Assembly (NCBI GenBank): GCA_032718475.1 | Contig: JAUCBJ010002418.1 | Coordinates: 1 to 57,328, forward strand | Length of the DNA: 57,328 bases | Direction: 5' to 3' | Source: Nemertoderma westbladi | Taxonomy: Eukaryota; Animalia; Xenacoelomorpha | Shown: positions 47,424-57,328 of the stretch, piece by piece | Layout of the letters: the number at the start of each line of letters is the position of its first letter | Position numbering within the stretch: the first letter of the stretch is position 1 | Program-made: the position numbers and the translations under genes | The notes under the pieces: model-generated | Databases searched by the model: none | Told to the model about the DNA's origin: nothing | Seen by the model: the letters and a program-made list of their open reading frames with translations, nothing else

Positions 47424-47805
47424 AACAATAATACTTGTTATATTTACCGTTCCCTCTCTCAGCTGTTTCTCAACGAAATTCAGATATTGTTACATATTTG
47501 GAATCCTTACAAGTACAACGCAAGCTTTCCAATGATATGAAAAAATATACGACTAATGTGAAGAATGGCCACGATACGGAGGGTGCGATTTCGCACGACA
47601 CTTTTTTAAAACGCTTATTAAAAAAATTTAAAGGCGAAATCGAAAATTCCGGCTTCATGGAAACAACCACGGTGTGTTGAACTAGTTGTGTTTCAAATTT
47701 CAACCAATAGGATAAAGATTTATAGAAACATTTTTTTTTGGGGGGGGGGGGGGGGGGGGTGGTGGTGTTATCAGCATGCCACTCACTATATTACGGGTCA
47801 TGGTT
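47424..47805 (+). repeat. Second, partial copy (centre, right arm and flank) of the 43957-44545 MITE locus
   Basis: Colinear with ~44221-44573, e.g. TCTCAGCTGTTTCTCAACGAAATTCA, CCGGCTTCATGG and ATTACGGGTCATGGT. Confidence 0.8.
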
Positions 47806-48219
47806 GGTTTATTACGCGGTAGTAATAGCCATAGGGTAGCAGGTACGTTTCTACAACATCCAAATGGCCAATTATTAGTTAGCAAGTCGTTAGACTTGAT
47901 TATGAGTATGATTACTACTGTAAGAAAAAAAAAAGCTACTGGCTACTGACTACTGGCTACTGACCTAGAGCAAAAACTGCTCTAAGGATTTTGATTAAAT
48001 TTTGCATGGACCATGAAAATGGATTTCTAAGGGTACTTGTGAAATCGCGGTTTAAATTGAAACATCTCAACTTGTTTTATTTAGAAAAATAGACCCAAAA
48101 CACGAAAATTGCCATAGGCGCAATGATAAAAACACCAGCTGGCACTCAGACTACACAGGCTATACTATGCTCTCATCGCATTATTGTTTTGTTTTGAAAT
48201 CTTTGTGCCAACGTTAATA

Positions 48220-48413
48220 CTGTGGAGGCTGTATGCTTATAAGGCTGAATGTTTACTCAGCCTCATAATGATTCTCCATAAGGCTAACATTATAGTTTGA
48301 AATATCGATAATAAAGTTTGTAATAGCTTTCCTGATAATAAAAGCGCTTTGAGTATGCTGAGCGTAGAAAAGCGCTATATAAATAACCAATATTATTATT
48401 ATTATTATTATTA
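48220..48413 (+). repeat. Degenerate SINE/LINE 3' remnant with an (ATT)n tail
   Basis: AAAGCGCTTTGAG...AAAAGCGCTATATAAAT followed by (ATT)n is an L2/SINE-type 3' end; upstream GTGGAGGCTGTATGCT. Confidence 0.4.
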
Positions 48414-48840
48414 AATATAAAAATCTGTTATAATAATAATATAATTGTTGTATTTAATTAATATCGTGGTTTACATTGAACAGTGTAAATTGTTAATCGC
48501 GGTTTACATTGATACATCTCAACTTGTTTTATTTATTACAAAAATAAGAACGAATTTGTCTTATCACTTCTTGTGCGCGATTGTATTGAATTCATGGCAA
48601 CTGCTGTTATTATTATTAATCAATTGACACCTCGACTCCTCTCTGAGACTCCGACTACTCTATCCGATAGAATAAAATAATCATTTCGCTAACTGCTCTC
48701 TATCTTCTATAATCACAACAGCTTTTATAATTGATTAACAATTACAACATAATAATTATAGTTTGAAGTTGTCTAGAAAACTTATCGTACACCACCGGGA
48801 CTACCCTCACACTAATTGATTATCAGACAGAACAAAAAAC

Positions 48841-48980
48841 TTTTTCTTGACTCGCACTGTCTCCTACGACTTGCTTCACGGGCCGCTAGGCCCGTCTCTA
48901 GTATTTCAATTTTAGTCTGTTTGTCTGTAGGTCGGTCTGTTGCGTACTAATAATAACTCAGCCAAACTTCGGTGGAATTA
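48841..48980 (+). mobile_element. Helentron/DINE-1-like non-autonomous element end, interrupted by the RTE and resuming after 51249
   Basis: T-run, hairpin ACGGGCC-GCTA-GGCCCGT (48878-48895), CTAG|T, degenerate (GTCT)n microsatellite, then ATAACTC... body. Confidence 0.45.
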
Positions 48981-50154
48981 TGTATTCCTCGAAACGGGAA
49001 ACGGGCCCCCTGGACTGACAACAAAATTCAGAAGTGCCGAAATGACCTCTGCAAGGCGCAGAAAGAGTCCCGACTCAAACAGACTACAGTACAGCGGCCA
49101 AGAATGCAGATAAGGCTGCATCTAGGTCCCTGAACACGCAGTACTCTGTTAATTTACAGGAGCTAATAAACCAACAGGTTGATGCCATCAATGATGCTGA
49201 CGACAGCAGGCAATCATCCCAGTTGATCAATCAACTTGCTTGCTGGTCGAAAAAGCCAACCAACCACCAGGGTTAAGGCTGAATCACCAGCCGATCGCCT
49301 CAATGGTTGGAAGGCCCACTTTGAAAAGCTCCTCAATAATGACAGGGTATTGCCTGATAACTTTATAGAAGTAAAAGTGTCTGAGTCTGTACTCCCAGAT
49401 ATTCCTATTGGTGATATCTCCTTTGCAGAAGTGAAGGCTGCTGCAAAGAGCATTAAGACCAATCGTACCAGTGGAGTAGATGGTGTTCCCCCTGAGGTCT
49501 TTAAAATACCTGAGTATTTAAAGCTCATCTATCCCATCATAGTAGACATGTACAGAACAACAAGAGTCCCACAAGAAATGAAAACAAATAAGTTGGTGCC
49601 AGTTCCCAACAAGGGCAACCTAACACTCTATGGTTCTTTTCGGGGAATCTCATTGATCTCGATTGCTGCCAAGCTATACAATAGAATTCTATTAAATCGC
49701 ATCAGGGATCGCATTGAGAGACTGCTCCGTGGAAATCAGAATGTGATCCGTAAAGGTCGTGGGACCATGGAGCCCATTTTGGCACTTAGAAGGATAATTG
49801 AAGAGTTATCAAAAAAGAAAGACGGGCATCTGGCTGTTATCTTTGTTGACTTCTTCAAGGCCTTTGATTCAGTCTCTCGCTCACATATATTATGTTCAGC
49901 ATACTTTCAGTATATGGGATTCCTGATGAAATTATTGCAGCAATCAGATCAGTATACGATGGTTCGACAACATTTGTGTCTACTGTTGACGGTGACACAG
50001 AACCATTTGAAGTGTTATGGGGCGTCCTCCAGGGAGACACACTTGCACCATTCTTGTTCATAATTGTTGTTGACTATGTTCTACGCATGTCCTTAGATCA
50101 CTATAATGATGCTAACTCCACCTACTGGCTCCAGAAGTCGAGGAAACCCTGCCA

Positions 50155-50391
50155 CGCCACGCTGATGAGACCCAGTAAGGTCGAAACGCGTACGTGGTTT
50201 GGAGAGATATGAGATATTAATTTCAAGAAAAATTACGCGATTCTTAAATTTGTACACTACCCGGTTAAAAAGTACGCATGTAATGGGATTAGTCCTACAA
50301 TTGCGCCAATAAAAGATAAGTTATTTTCGGTAAAATCAACTTATCATTCGAGGTAAAGACCCCTAGATCCCTTCCTATAATAAATGTATAA
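50155..50391 (+). mobile_element. 5'-truncated copy of the hammerhead SINE inserted in the RTE RT domain
   Basis: Reverse-complement match to ~26195-26422; TSD TGCCA (50150-50154 / 50392-50396). Removing the insert restores RSRGNPAKYLTDLDFADD. Confidence 0.9.
50157..50197 (+). ncRNA. Minimal type I hammerhead ribozyme with canonical core
   Basis: Stem I CCACG/CGTGG, CTGATGA, stem II GACC-CAGTAA-GGTC, GAAA, palindromic stem III ACGCGT, GUA cleavage triplet (predicted cut after 50192). Confidence 0.88.
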
Positions 50392-52575
50392 TGCCAAGTA
50401 CCTAACTGATCTAGACTTTGCTGATGACTTATGAGTACTCTCAGAATCACTAGAGGGAGCCCAACGGCTCCTCAGCTCATTAGAACATGCTGCTTCTAGT
50501 GTTGGTCTTTTTATTAACTCCAGAAAGACCAAAATTTTGACAGTTAACTTTGAAAGTCCTCAGCAAGTCTCTGATCGGATGAGCATAAGCTCAAAAGATG
50601 GTATGCTTGAGCATGCGGATGACTTCTGTTACCTGGGATCATGGATCCGGAAGTCAGGTGAGGACCTTCGAATACGTAAGGGAACGCCATGGGCAGCGTT
50701 GAATAGGCTTTCCAGGATTTGGAAGACACCGAGAATTAATCGGAAACTTAAGGTCCGATTATTTAGAGCAGCAGTAGTTCCAGTACTCCTCTATGGGAGT
50801 CCATAGAGGCTCTAACTGCTGAGGACACCAAATCTCTGGATGGCACTTTCACAAGAATGCTACGCCGGGTTCATTGTGTCAAGTACAATGCACACATATC
50901 CAACCAGACACTATATAACATTGGAGGTGTCTCATTGGTTCCCCCAAGCTTGACACTAGAACAAAATCGCCTCCGCTTTGCAGGACATTGCTTTCGCCGT
51001 GAGGACCAGCCAGTGCATAATCTTGTACTTTGGCAGCCTCATGGAGTGAATAAGCATGGTGGACAGCCCATGACTTTCTTGAGACGCATCTTAAAGGACA
51101 CTGGCCTTGAAGATGCGGATGATCTAGCAAATGTCATGGGTGATAGGGAGTTGTGGCGGTGCAATTTTGTCGATAAGCCGGCACAGTATTCTTAAAAATG
51201 CAGCTGCAATGCAGCATGCCGATCCTAGTAGTAGTAGTCGATGGAATTAAACCATACTTGGTTGGTAGACATGTGGTCTGTCGAAATTCTGAAATATAAC
51301 TTGCGTGGGAGGACTCAACAGTTCACCAGTCTCCTGCTAGAGGGCGACTAGTCCATGGTTCGATTAGTGGTGCCCACGAACGTATTACTCTTCCATGCGT
51401 AAATATTGTGTGTAAAGTGTCTTACACAATGAGTGACAGATAATGCGTGGTAGACAACAAGCATTACAAAAAGAGTTGGATAAGTGAGAATGGTACAATA
51501 CCAGTAGTATAGAATGCTATGACACGGCACCAAGGTCACCCGTAGTCCATCATTACCATCCATTTCTGGTACTGCAGCCAATCAGAAGCCACCATTTCAA
51601 CCTTTACCAGTGGTCGTTATTATTTCAACCAATCAGATGACAGCATTTCATCCGTAACCATGGTAAATTCTCAAGTTCCCGCTTATTCCGCTAGAGGCGT
51701 TATTAGTCCCCCGACGCTAGTACTGCATCCAATCACCAACCTTTATTTTACAGGTGTTCGAGTGTCTACACTTAGCATCAGGTAACATCTACTATTTTTC
51801 AAATCGCTATTTTTCACCAACCATTGCATATTCATCTTCACATAGCCTAACCTCACGATGCATGGCTAGCCCCCATCCCATCATCGCTACTCAATCCACA
51901 GCTGTTACCCACCCACCAACCAACCAATCAACGGCGATGTTTGCCTCGACCAGTATTTTCATATTTACCAACCTTTATTTTACAGACGCTAGGGATGTCT
52001 ACAGGTAACTTCTACTATTTTTCACCAGTAACTAAATTTAATTTTGCAATTTTTCAGATAACAAAATATTCAACAGGGTTTGAACCCGGGACTGATATAA
52101 CTCCTCACAACTCACCAATCACTCTTCCATCCAACCTCGAGAGAAAAAGGCGATAAATATCTGAGTTATACCATAGTCATTGAATTCTTCATCTTCATCA
52201 CTGGTAGCAGATGATTATAAATAGCTTCTAGTTCCTTAACATAATTACTATAGCATAGAATACATTAATTCGACTATTAATAATAATCAATTTCTTTTAT
52301 CGATGTAACTGATCGATCAACTAAGTTGAATATAAGTTAGAATGATAGGGCTAGCATTGATTACGTTGCATCTGTTACACGTTACTGCTATTTCACTCTC
52401 TAACTCACGCTAATGTAATAAATTTAATTGTACACGTTGCATCTGTTACACGAAGCAACTATATTCCTCACTGTAAGTCACTCTGCTGTATTAAAGCAAC
52501 CATATAAACAGAAGTTTTACAATCTAATAATCATTTATTTAGTTTTTATTTTTCAAAATAGTTTTCATTCTAATT

Positions 52576-53619
52576 ATGGATTTATTTAAAAAAACTTCAA
52601 GCAATACTTGGAAATTTACATTTAATAAATATACCTGTAGTATTGTTTATGGCAAGTACTTTATATTACTCTCATGCGATAGCAATGTAACAACGTGCTT
52701 CTCTTACCAGGATACACTCTACCTTCTAGACGTCTTAGAAATATTATTCAACCAACAAAAGGAATCACCAGTTTCAAGAGGTAATATTTATCCTAATATA
52801 GAATTTACAAGAGGAAAGTTAAATATTTCCACCTGTGTTATTACTGAAAACGTATATATTCAGAAGCAAGGCAAATGTCAAATTCTAAACAAATCACTCA
52901 TTAATTTATTGCTTCAGAGTAAGACAGAAATATTAGAATTGTTATCACCACCACTCGAAATAATAAATCAGTGTTATGTTGTTAATTTAACCAACCCATC
53001 TTTTGTTGGTTTTGTAAGCAAATATAAAGGAGCGACTTATATGGGACTATGGGAGATTTCAGCTAGATATTCTGATGCTATTGGTCTTAGGTATTATAAT
53101 GGGTTTAACTTAACAGCATCGGAAGTAAATTCATTGTGGTATGAATGGAATTATGAAATTAGTAACGAAGGTGTCTTTTCAGAGCTAGATACGGGCGATA
53201 AAGCTTTATCTGACCGACTTAAAGTAAAAATAAATGTACAAGAAAAAAAAGTAATTATTACAGACAAGGAAAGCAAATATTTACAGTTACATTACGATAA
53301 AGACATACCTCATGTAGAGTTTCTCTATGATATGATGTTAAAGGTTTCATCAACTGATATAGCAGACGGTTTCGTGATTCTATATCCACCAACTTGGAAG
53401 TTTAAGGATAATAAGTCATTTCCAGAAGTAGTTTCATCCACATTTAATCCAAAGACATACATCGAAGAGACCTCGAGTGATAGAAAGCGCAGATCTACAT
53501 CTCAATCATCTTCCATTCCCAACAATGATTCTATACCTACAAAGAAAATAAAAGTTACAAAAGCAAGTGAAGAGGTAGCAGATTACAATAAGGAACATAT
53601 AAAAACAGTATCAGATTGA
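52576..53619 (+). CDS. Polinton-associated 347-aa protein with a possible PC4-like ssDNA-binding domain
   Basis: Long ORF in AT-rich DNA. VSKYKGATYMGLWE...GFNLTASEVNSL resembles the PC4 pattern V.efkG...idirE...GisL..eqw..L. Basic NLS-like C-terminus. Confidence 0.6.
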   Translation: MDLFKKTSSNTWKFTFNKYTCSIVYGKYFILLSCDSNVTTCFSYQDTLYLLDVLEILFNQQKESPVSRGNIYPNIEFTRGKLNISTCVITENVYIQKQGKCQILNKSLINLLLQSKTEILELLSPPLEIINQCYVVNLTNPSFVGFVSKYKGATYMGLWEISARYSDAIGLRYYNGFNLTASEVNSLWYEWNYEISNEGVFSELDTGDKALSDRLKVKINVQEKKVIITDKESKYLQLHYDKDIPHVEFLYDMMLKVSSTDIADGFVILYPPTWKFKDNKSFPEVVSSTFNPKTYIEETSSDRKRRSTSQSSSIPNNDSIPTKKIKVTKASEEVADYNKEHIKTVSD

Positions 53620-54171
53620 TTTATTATTAACTAGAGACTTTTCTTTTTCAGTTTCACACTGACTTGTAAAGGTAACTTTTTATCACAAAGCGTGATTATT
53701 ATAAAGTATTTGCATGTAAAGGTGACTTTATTGAGTAAATATTGGTGATAGTTTAATGTGAGCACGGGATTAGGTATAAATCATTCGCATGTAAATGCGT
53801 GAGTTTACACCACCATAATAAAACATTTGCATGTAAAACCTACTTTATCAATGAAAATTAAAAACGCATTATGTACATCTTGGTTTAGACTTGATTTTAT
53901 TATAAAGAATTCAGTTGTAAAAGCAACTTTATTTATGATGTTAGTTTCCCAATGAAACTGTTATTTATGATTGGTTGGTCTAAGTAGAAACTTGAAATAT
54001 ATATACAAAGAGCTCAACTGATTCAATCGAGCTCATTCTGAAAATATTAAATTAATTAAAGTTTAGATATTATATTTTATTTGTGTTGAGTAGCTTATGA
54101 ATTTTTTTTGATTATATATATATATAACAATATTCATATTAATTTTAAATTGTTTTTAGGATAATAAAGAT

Positions 54172-57100
54172 ATGGATAAACAATTGAAATGTCCATTTTG
54201 TCCTCTTCAAATTTCTAAACGAAATTATTTAACACATTTGAAATCGCATTTTGAAGAATACAATTGTTTTAATTGTCATGTGAAATGTTCACGTGAAGAA
54301 ATATGTAAACGACATGAAACGACTACGGGATGTAAAGAAATGAAGTTTTGCGTGTATGAAAAAACTTGCCCTACTTGTAATAAAGAGTATTTATATGATA
54401 ATTATTTACGTCACAACTGTCACCAACGTTATTATCATGTTAGACCACCACAACGGAATCAAAACAATACTGTCGCATCTAGAAAAAGACTGAAATCTGG
54501 TCAAGGTCCATCAATTTTTAGCATCGAACGATCCGCACACGATAACCGTTTAGAAATCTATGTTTACAATCTTCCAAATGATGAAGATTTTCCTGATATT
54601 CATTCATCATTAATTAAAATTCTTCCCCATATTAAAAACTTATTATTAGGAAAACTTAGCGAAATGAATGTACTTAGACCCTGGCTAGGTGTGAATATAC
54701 TCATGTATCGATCACATTTTTCAGAGGGTGATCAAGAAGAAGCTTTCTATTTTAGTTCTTCAGGTGGTGCAGTTAATACCATAGATTCACATGAAAGTTT
54801 TGACACATGGTTTGAGTATGTATTAGAAAAATTAATGCAAAAAATAGCCATGTTTAACACTCGTGGCTCAGGGTGGCGCGTTAAATCTTTATTAAGAGTG
54901 GAAATTAAAGTAGCTGAATCCAAGTGTAGGTCACTGGAATATAAGGGACACGGTTATATGGAGTTACCTAAGGCTCTAGCGTGTAAACAATGTGTTATAA
55001 ATATACAAACGGTTGATAATGATTGTTTTAAATGGGCAATTATAGCCACAAAATTTAGTAGCAAAGTGAAAGATCACAAAAACCGTACTTCGCAGTACAA
55101 AAATTATATGAATCATTTTATTTTCGACAACGGTAACAAAGATTATCCAACAGAATGGCAGCTTGCAATTAAACTTTTTGAAAAACAGAATTCAGCATAT
55201 ATAATTAATTTATTACTCTACGACAACAATCGAGTATCTATATTAAGACAAGCGCCATTTAGTAAAATCACTCCAGATAAAGAGTTATTGAATATATTAC
55301 TTGTAAAAAATAAGAATACGAGTAAACAATCACATTATGTTTGCATAACTAACTTGAATCGATTGATGAATACAAGAGGTAAGCATATTGGATGTAGGAA
55401 ATATTGCGAACGGTGTTTGTCGCATTTCTACAGAAATGTTCTAGAACGTCACCGTCTTGCTTGTTATCAAGGAAAAAGTCAAGTTGAGAAGCTACCGTCT
55501 GATAAAAGAACTCACATTAGCTTTAGAAATTTAGACAGAACATTACCAGCATTGTTTGTAATATATTTTGACATAGAATCTATTTTGGAGCCAGCCAGCA
55601 ACAGTAAATTTATTCAGAATCATATTCCATGCGCTGTAAGTTATTTAATTGTTCCTAGTGCCGAATTAATCAATCCACCAAAATTTTATTTGAAGACCTT
55701 TACAAAAACAATCGACAACAACTGTATTCAAGACTTTTTAGACTCTGTATATAATGACATCACTCAATTATATAAATGGTCGGAAGACCACACAAGAGAG
55801 AGAATGATACTAAATGATGTAGATAAGTTAAGTTTTTGGAAAGCTAAAACTTGCTTTTATTGCAATGTTTTATTTAAGGATAAGTCTGAGAAAAACAAAC
55901 ATCACTCACATATTACTGGTAACTATATAGCAGCCGCTTGTAACGCATGTAACCGTTCTTTATCGTTGAAACGACACATGTATATACTCGCTGCACACAA
56001 CTGCAATCTCTACGATTTGCATTTTCTTTTACAAGTTGGTTTTACCAACAATAAATATTCTGATTGGGATATAAAGGTAATCCCTAAAAATTCTGAAAGG
56101 TATATTTCACTAAGCATGCATATACCTGTGAAAGACTCAACAACTAAGATCGAGCTACGTGTCTTAGACACATATCAATTTTTATCCTTTTCCCTAAGTA
56201 CTTTAGTTGATTGTTCAACAAAGGATATAGACAGCGAGGATATAACATCAGTTCTACCAATTACTGAACAGCAAATGAAATATTTTTATCCAAATTTAAA
56301 TAATGCAACAATTAAACGAAAAGGTATATTTCCCTACGAGTACCTGACAGATTTAAATAAATTCAATGATTCGAAATTACCATCAATAGACAAATTTTAT
56401 AGTAAATTAACACAAAATACCTGTACACCCGAGGAATATAGTTTCGCCAACGCATCATGGAGTCAGTTTGACTGTGTGAATCTCAAGGATTATCTTTTAG
56501 CATACTTAAAACTCGATGTTTGTCTCCTCGCTGATATATTTGAGAACTTTAGGAGAGTGTGTAGACAAAACTACGAATTAGAAGTAGTTTATTATTGCAG
56601 TATCGCAGCTTTCACTTATGATTGCGCCCTGAAATACAATAAATGTAAGTTAGCATTAATAAAAGATTACCAAACATATAGAGATTTTGAAGCATCTATT
56701 AGAGGTGGGGTTTCATTCTGTCGAAAGCATTACATAGAATCAAATATACCAGATACTGATAATTATGATCCAAGCAAGGAAGAGTGTCATATTTTCAATA
56801 TAGATTTTAATTCCTTGTATTCTGGTAATTTAAGTAAAAAGCTACCTGTTTCAGGGTTTGAACAAGTCAACGTTACATATTTAGAGAATGCTGCTCCAGA
56901 AGAACTAATAAAATATTTATCAAATCTTGATACTGAAGGGGATATTGGGTTTTTCTTAATTTGCGATTTGAAATATCCCAAAGATATTCACGATCGTACA
57001 TTAGAACTACCCTTAGCTCCAGAACATTTAAGTATAAATGAGACAATGCTTTCACCATATATGAGGGAACAATATAACAATGTTTGTAAACAAAGAGGCA

Positions 57101-57328
57101 CTAATAGCAATTATAAGATGTGTGCACCAAAACTTATGTTGACACAATTCGATAAGGAATTCTATCATGTAAATTTAAAACTGTTAAAATTTTATATAAA
57201 ACAAGGTTTAATTGTTACTAAACTACATAAATTATATTCTTTCCACAAGACTTTGTATTTAAACCCTATATAGATTTTAATATTAATCAAAGGCGTTTAG
57301 CAAAAAGTTATATTGAAACAGCTGTCGC
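54172..57328 (+). CDS. Protein-primed family B DNA polymerase (pPolB), frameshifted near 57245 and continuing past the window
   Basis: GSGW, DNDCFKWAI, YFDIES (ExoI), AHN..YD (ExoII), RKGIFPYEY, YLKLDV.LLADIFENFR (ExoIII), IRGG, DFNSLY (Pol motif A) and LPLAP. The expected FKPYIDFN continues in another frame after ~57245. Confidence 0.93.

Larger units (their letters stand above)
48981..51237 (+). mobile_element. 5'-truncated, decayed RTE-clade LINE
   Basis: RT fragments FRGISLISIAAKLYNRILLNRI, FVDFFKAFDSV, GVLQGDTLAPFLF, KYLTDLDFADD, DFCYLGSW and RLRFAGHC with stops and frameshifts; 3' hairpin GCTGC-AAT-GCAGC; (TAG)n tail; 12-bp TSD with one mismatch, TCGGTGGAATTA (48969-48980) / TCGATGGAATTA (51238-51249). 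Confidence 0.9.
51503..57328 (+). mobile_element. Polinton/Maverick (endogenous virus-like element), left portion
   Basis: AGTAGT terminus at 51503 followed by several CCAATC boxes and internal direct repeats, then a protein-primed PolB. The right end is outside the window, so the TIR and TSD (candidate AATACC) are unconfirmed. Confidence 0.8.

Noticed and set aside
51226-51237. TAGTAGTAGTAG as the Polinton terminus
   Set aside because: Better explained as the RTE (TAG)n tail because it is immediately followed by the RTE TSD; AGTAGT at 51503 fits the Polinton end.

Overview
AT-rich, repeat-dense animal (probably marine invertebrate) genomic DNA. In order, the window holds: (1) a deleted Mutator/MULE element; (2) a ~20-kb DNA-transposon-like element with 26-bp TIRs and an AATA TSD, ~96% filled by a 27-bp G-rich minisatellite that produces the spurious 6,000-aa ORFs; (3) a 21-bp minisatellite; (4) a tRNA-headed short element carrying a minimal hammerhead ribozyme, with a second copy inserted in a decayed RTE LINE; (5) an apparently intact CR1-clade LINE whose ORF1/ORF2 junction has a G-GGA-AAC -1 slippery site; (6) an intronless 1076-aa ORF with MYM-type zinc fingers, coding minisatellites and an AT-hook; (7) a small two-exon orphan gene with an intronic SINE; (8) a 32-bp satellite, a MITE and tRNA-Leu(AAG); (9) the left end of a Polinton/Maverick with a PC4-like ORF and a protein-primed PolB. 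The best candidates for something undescribed are the tRNA-hammerhead SINE family, the minisatellite-inflated TIR element and the frameshift-coupled LINE. All calls were made by eye without database searches.
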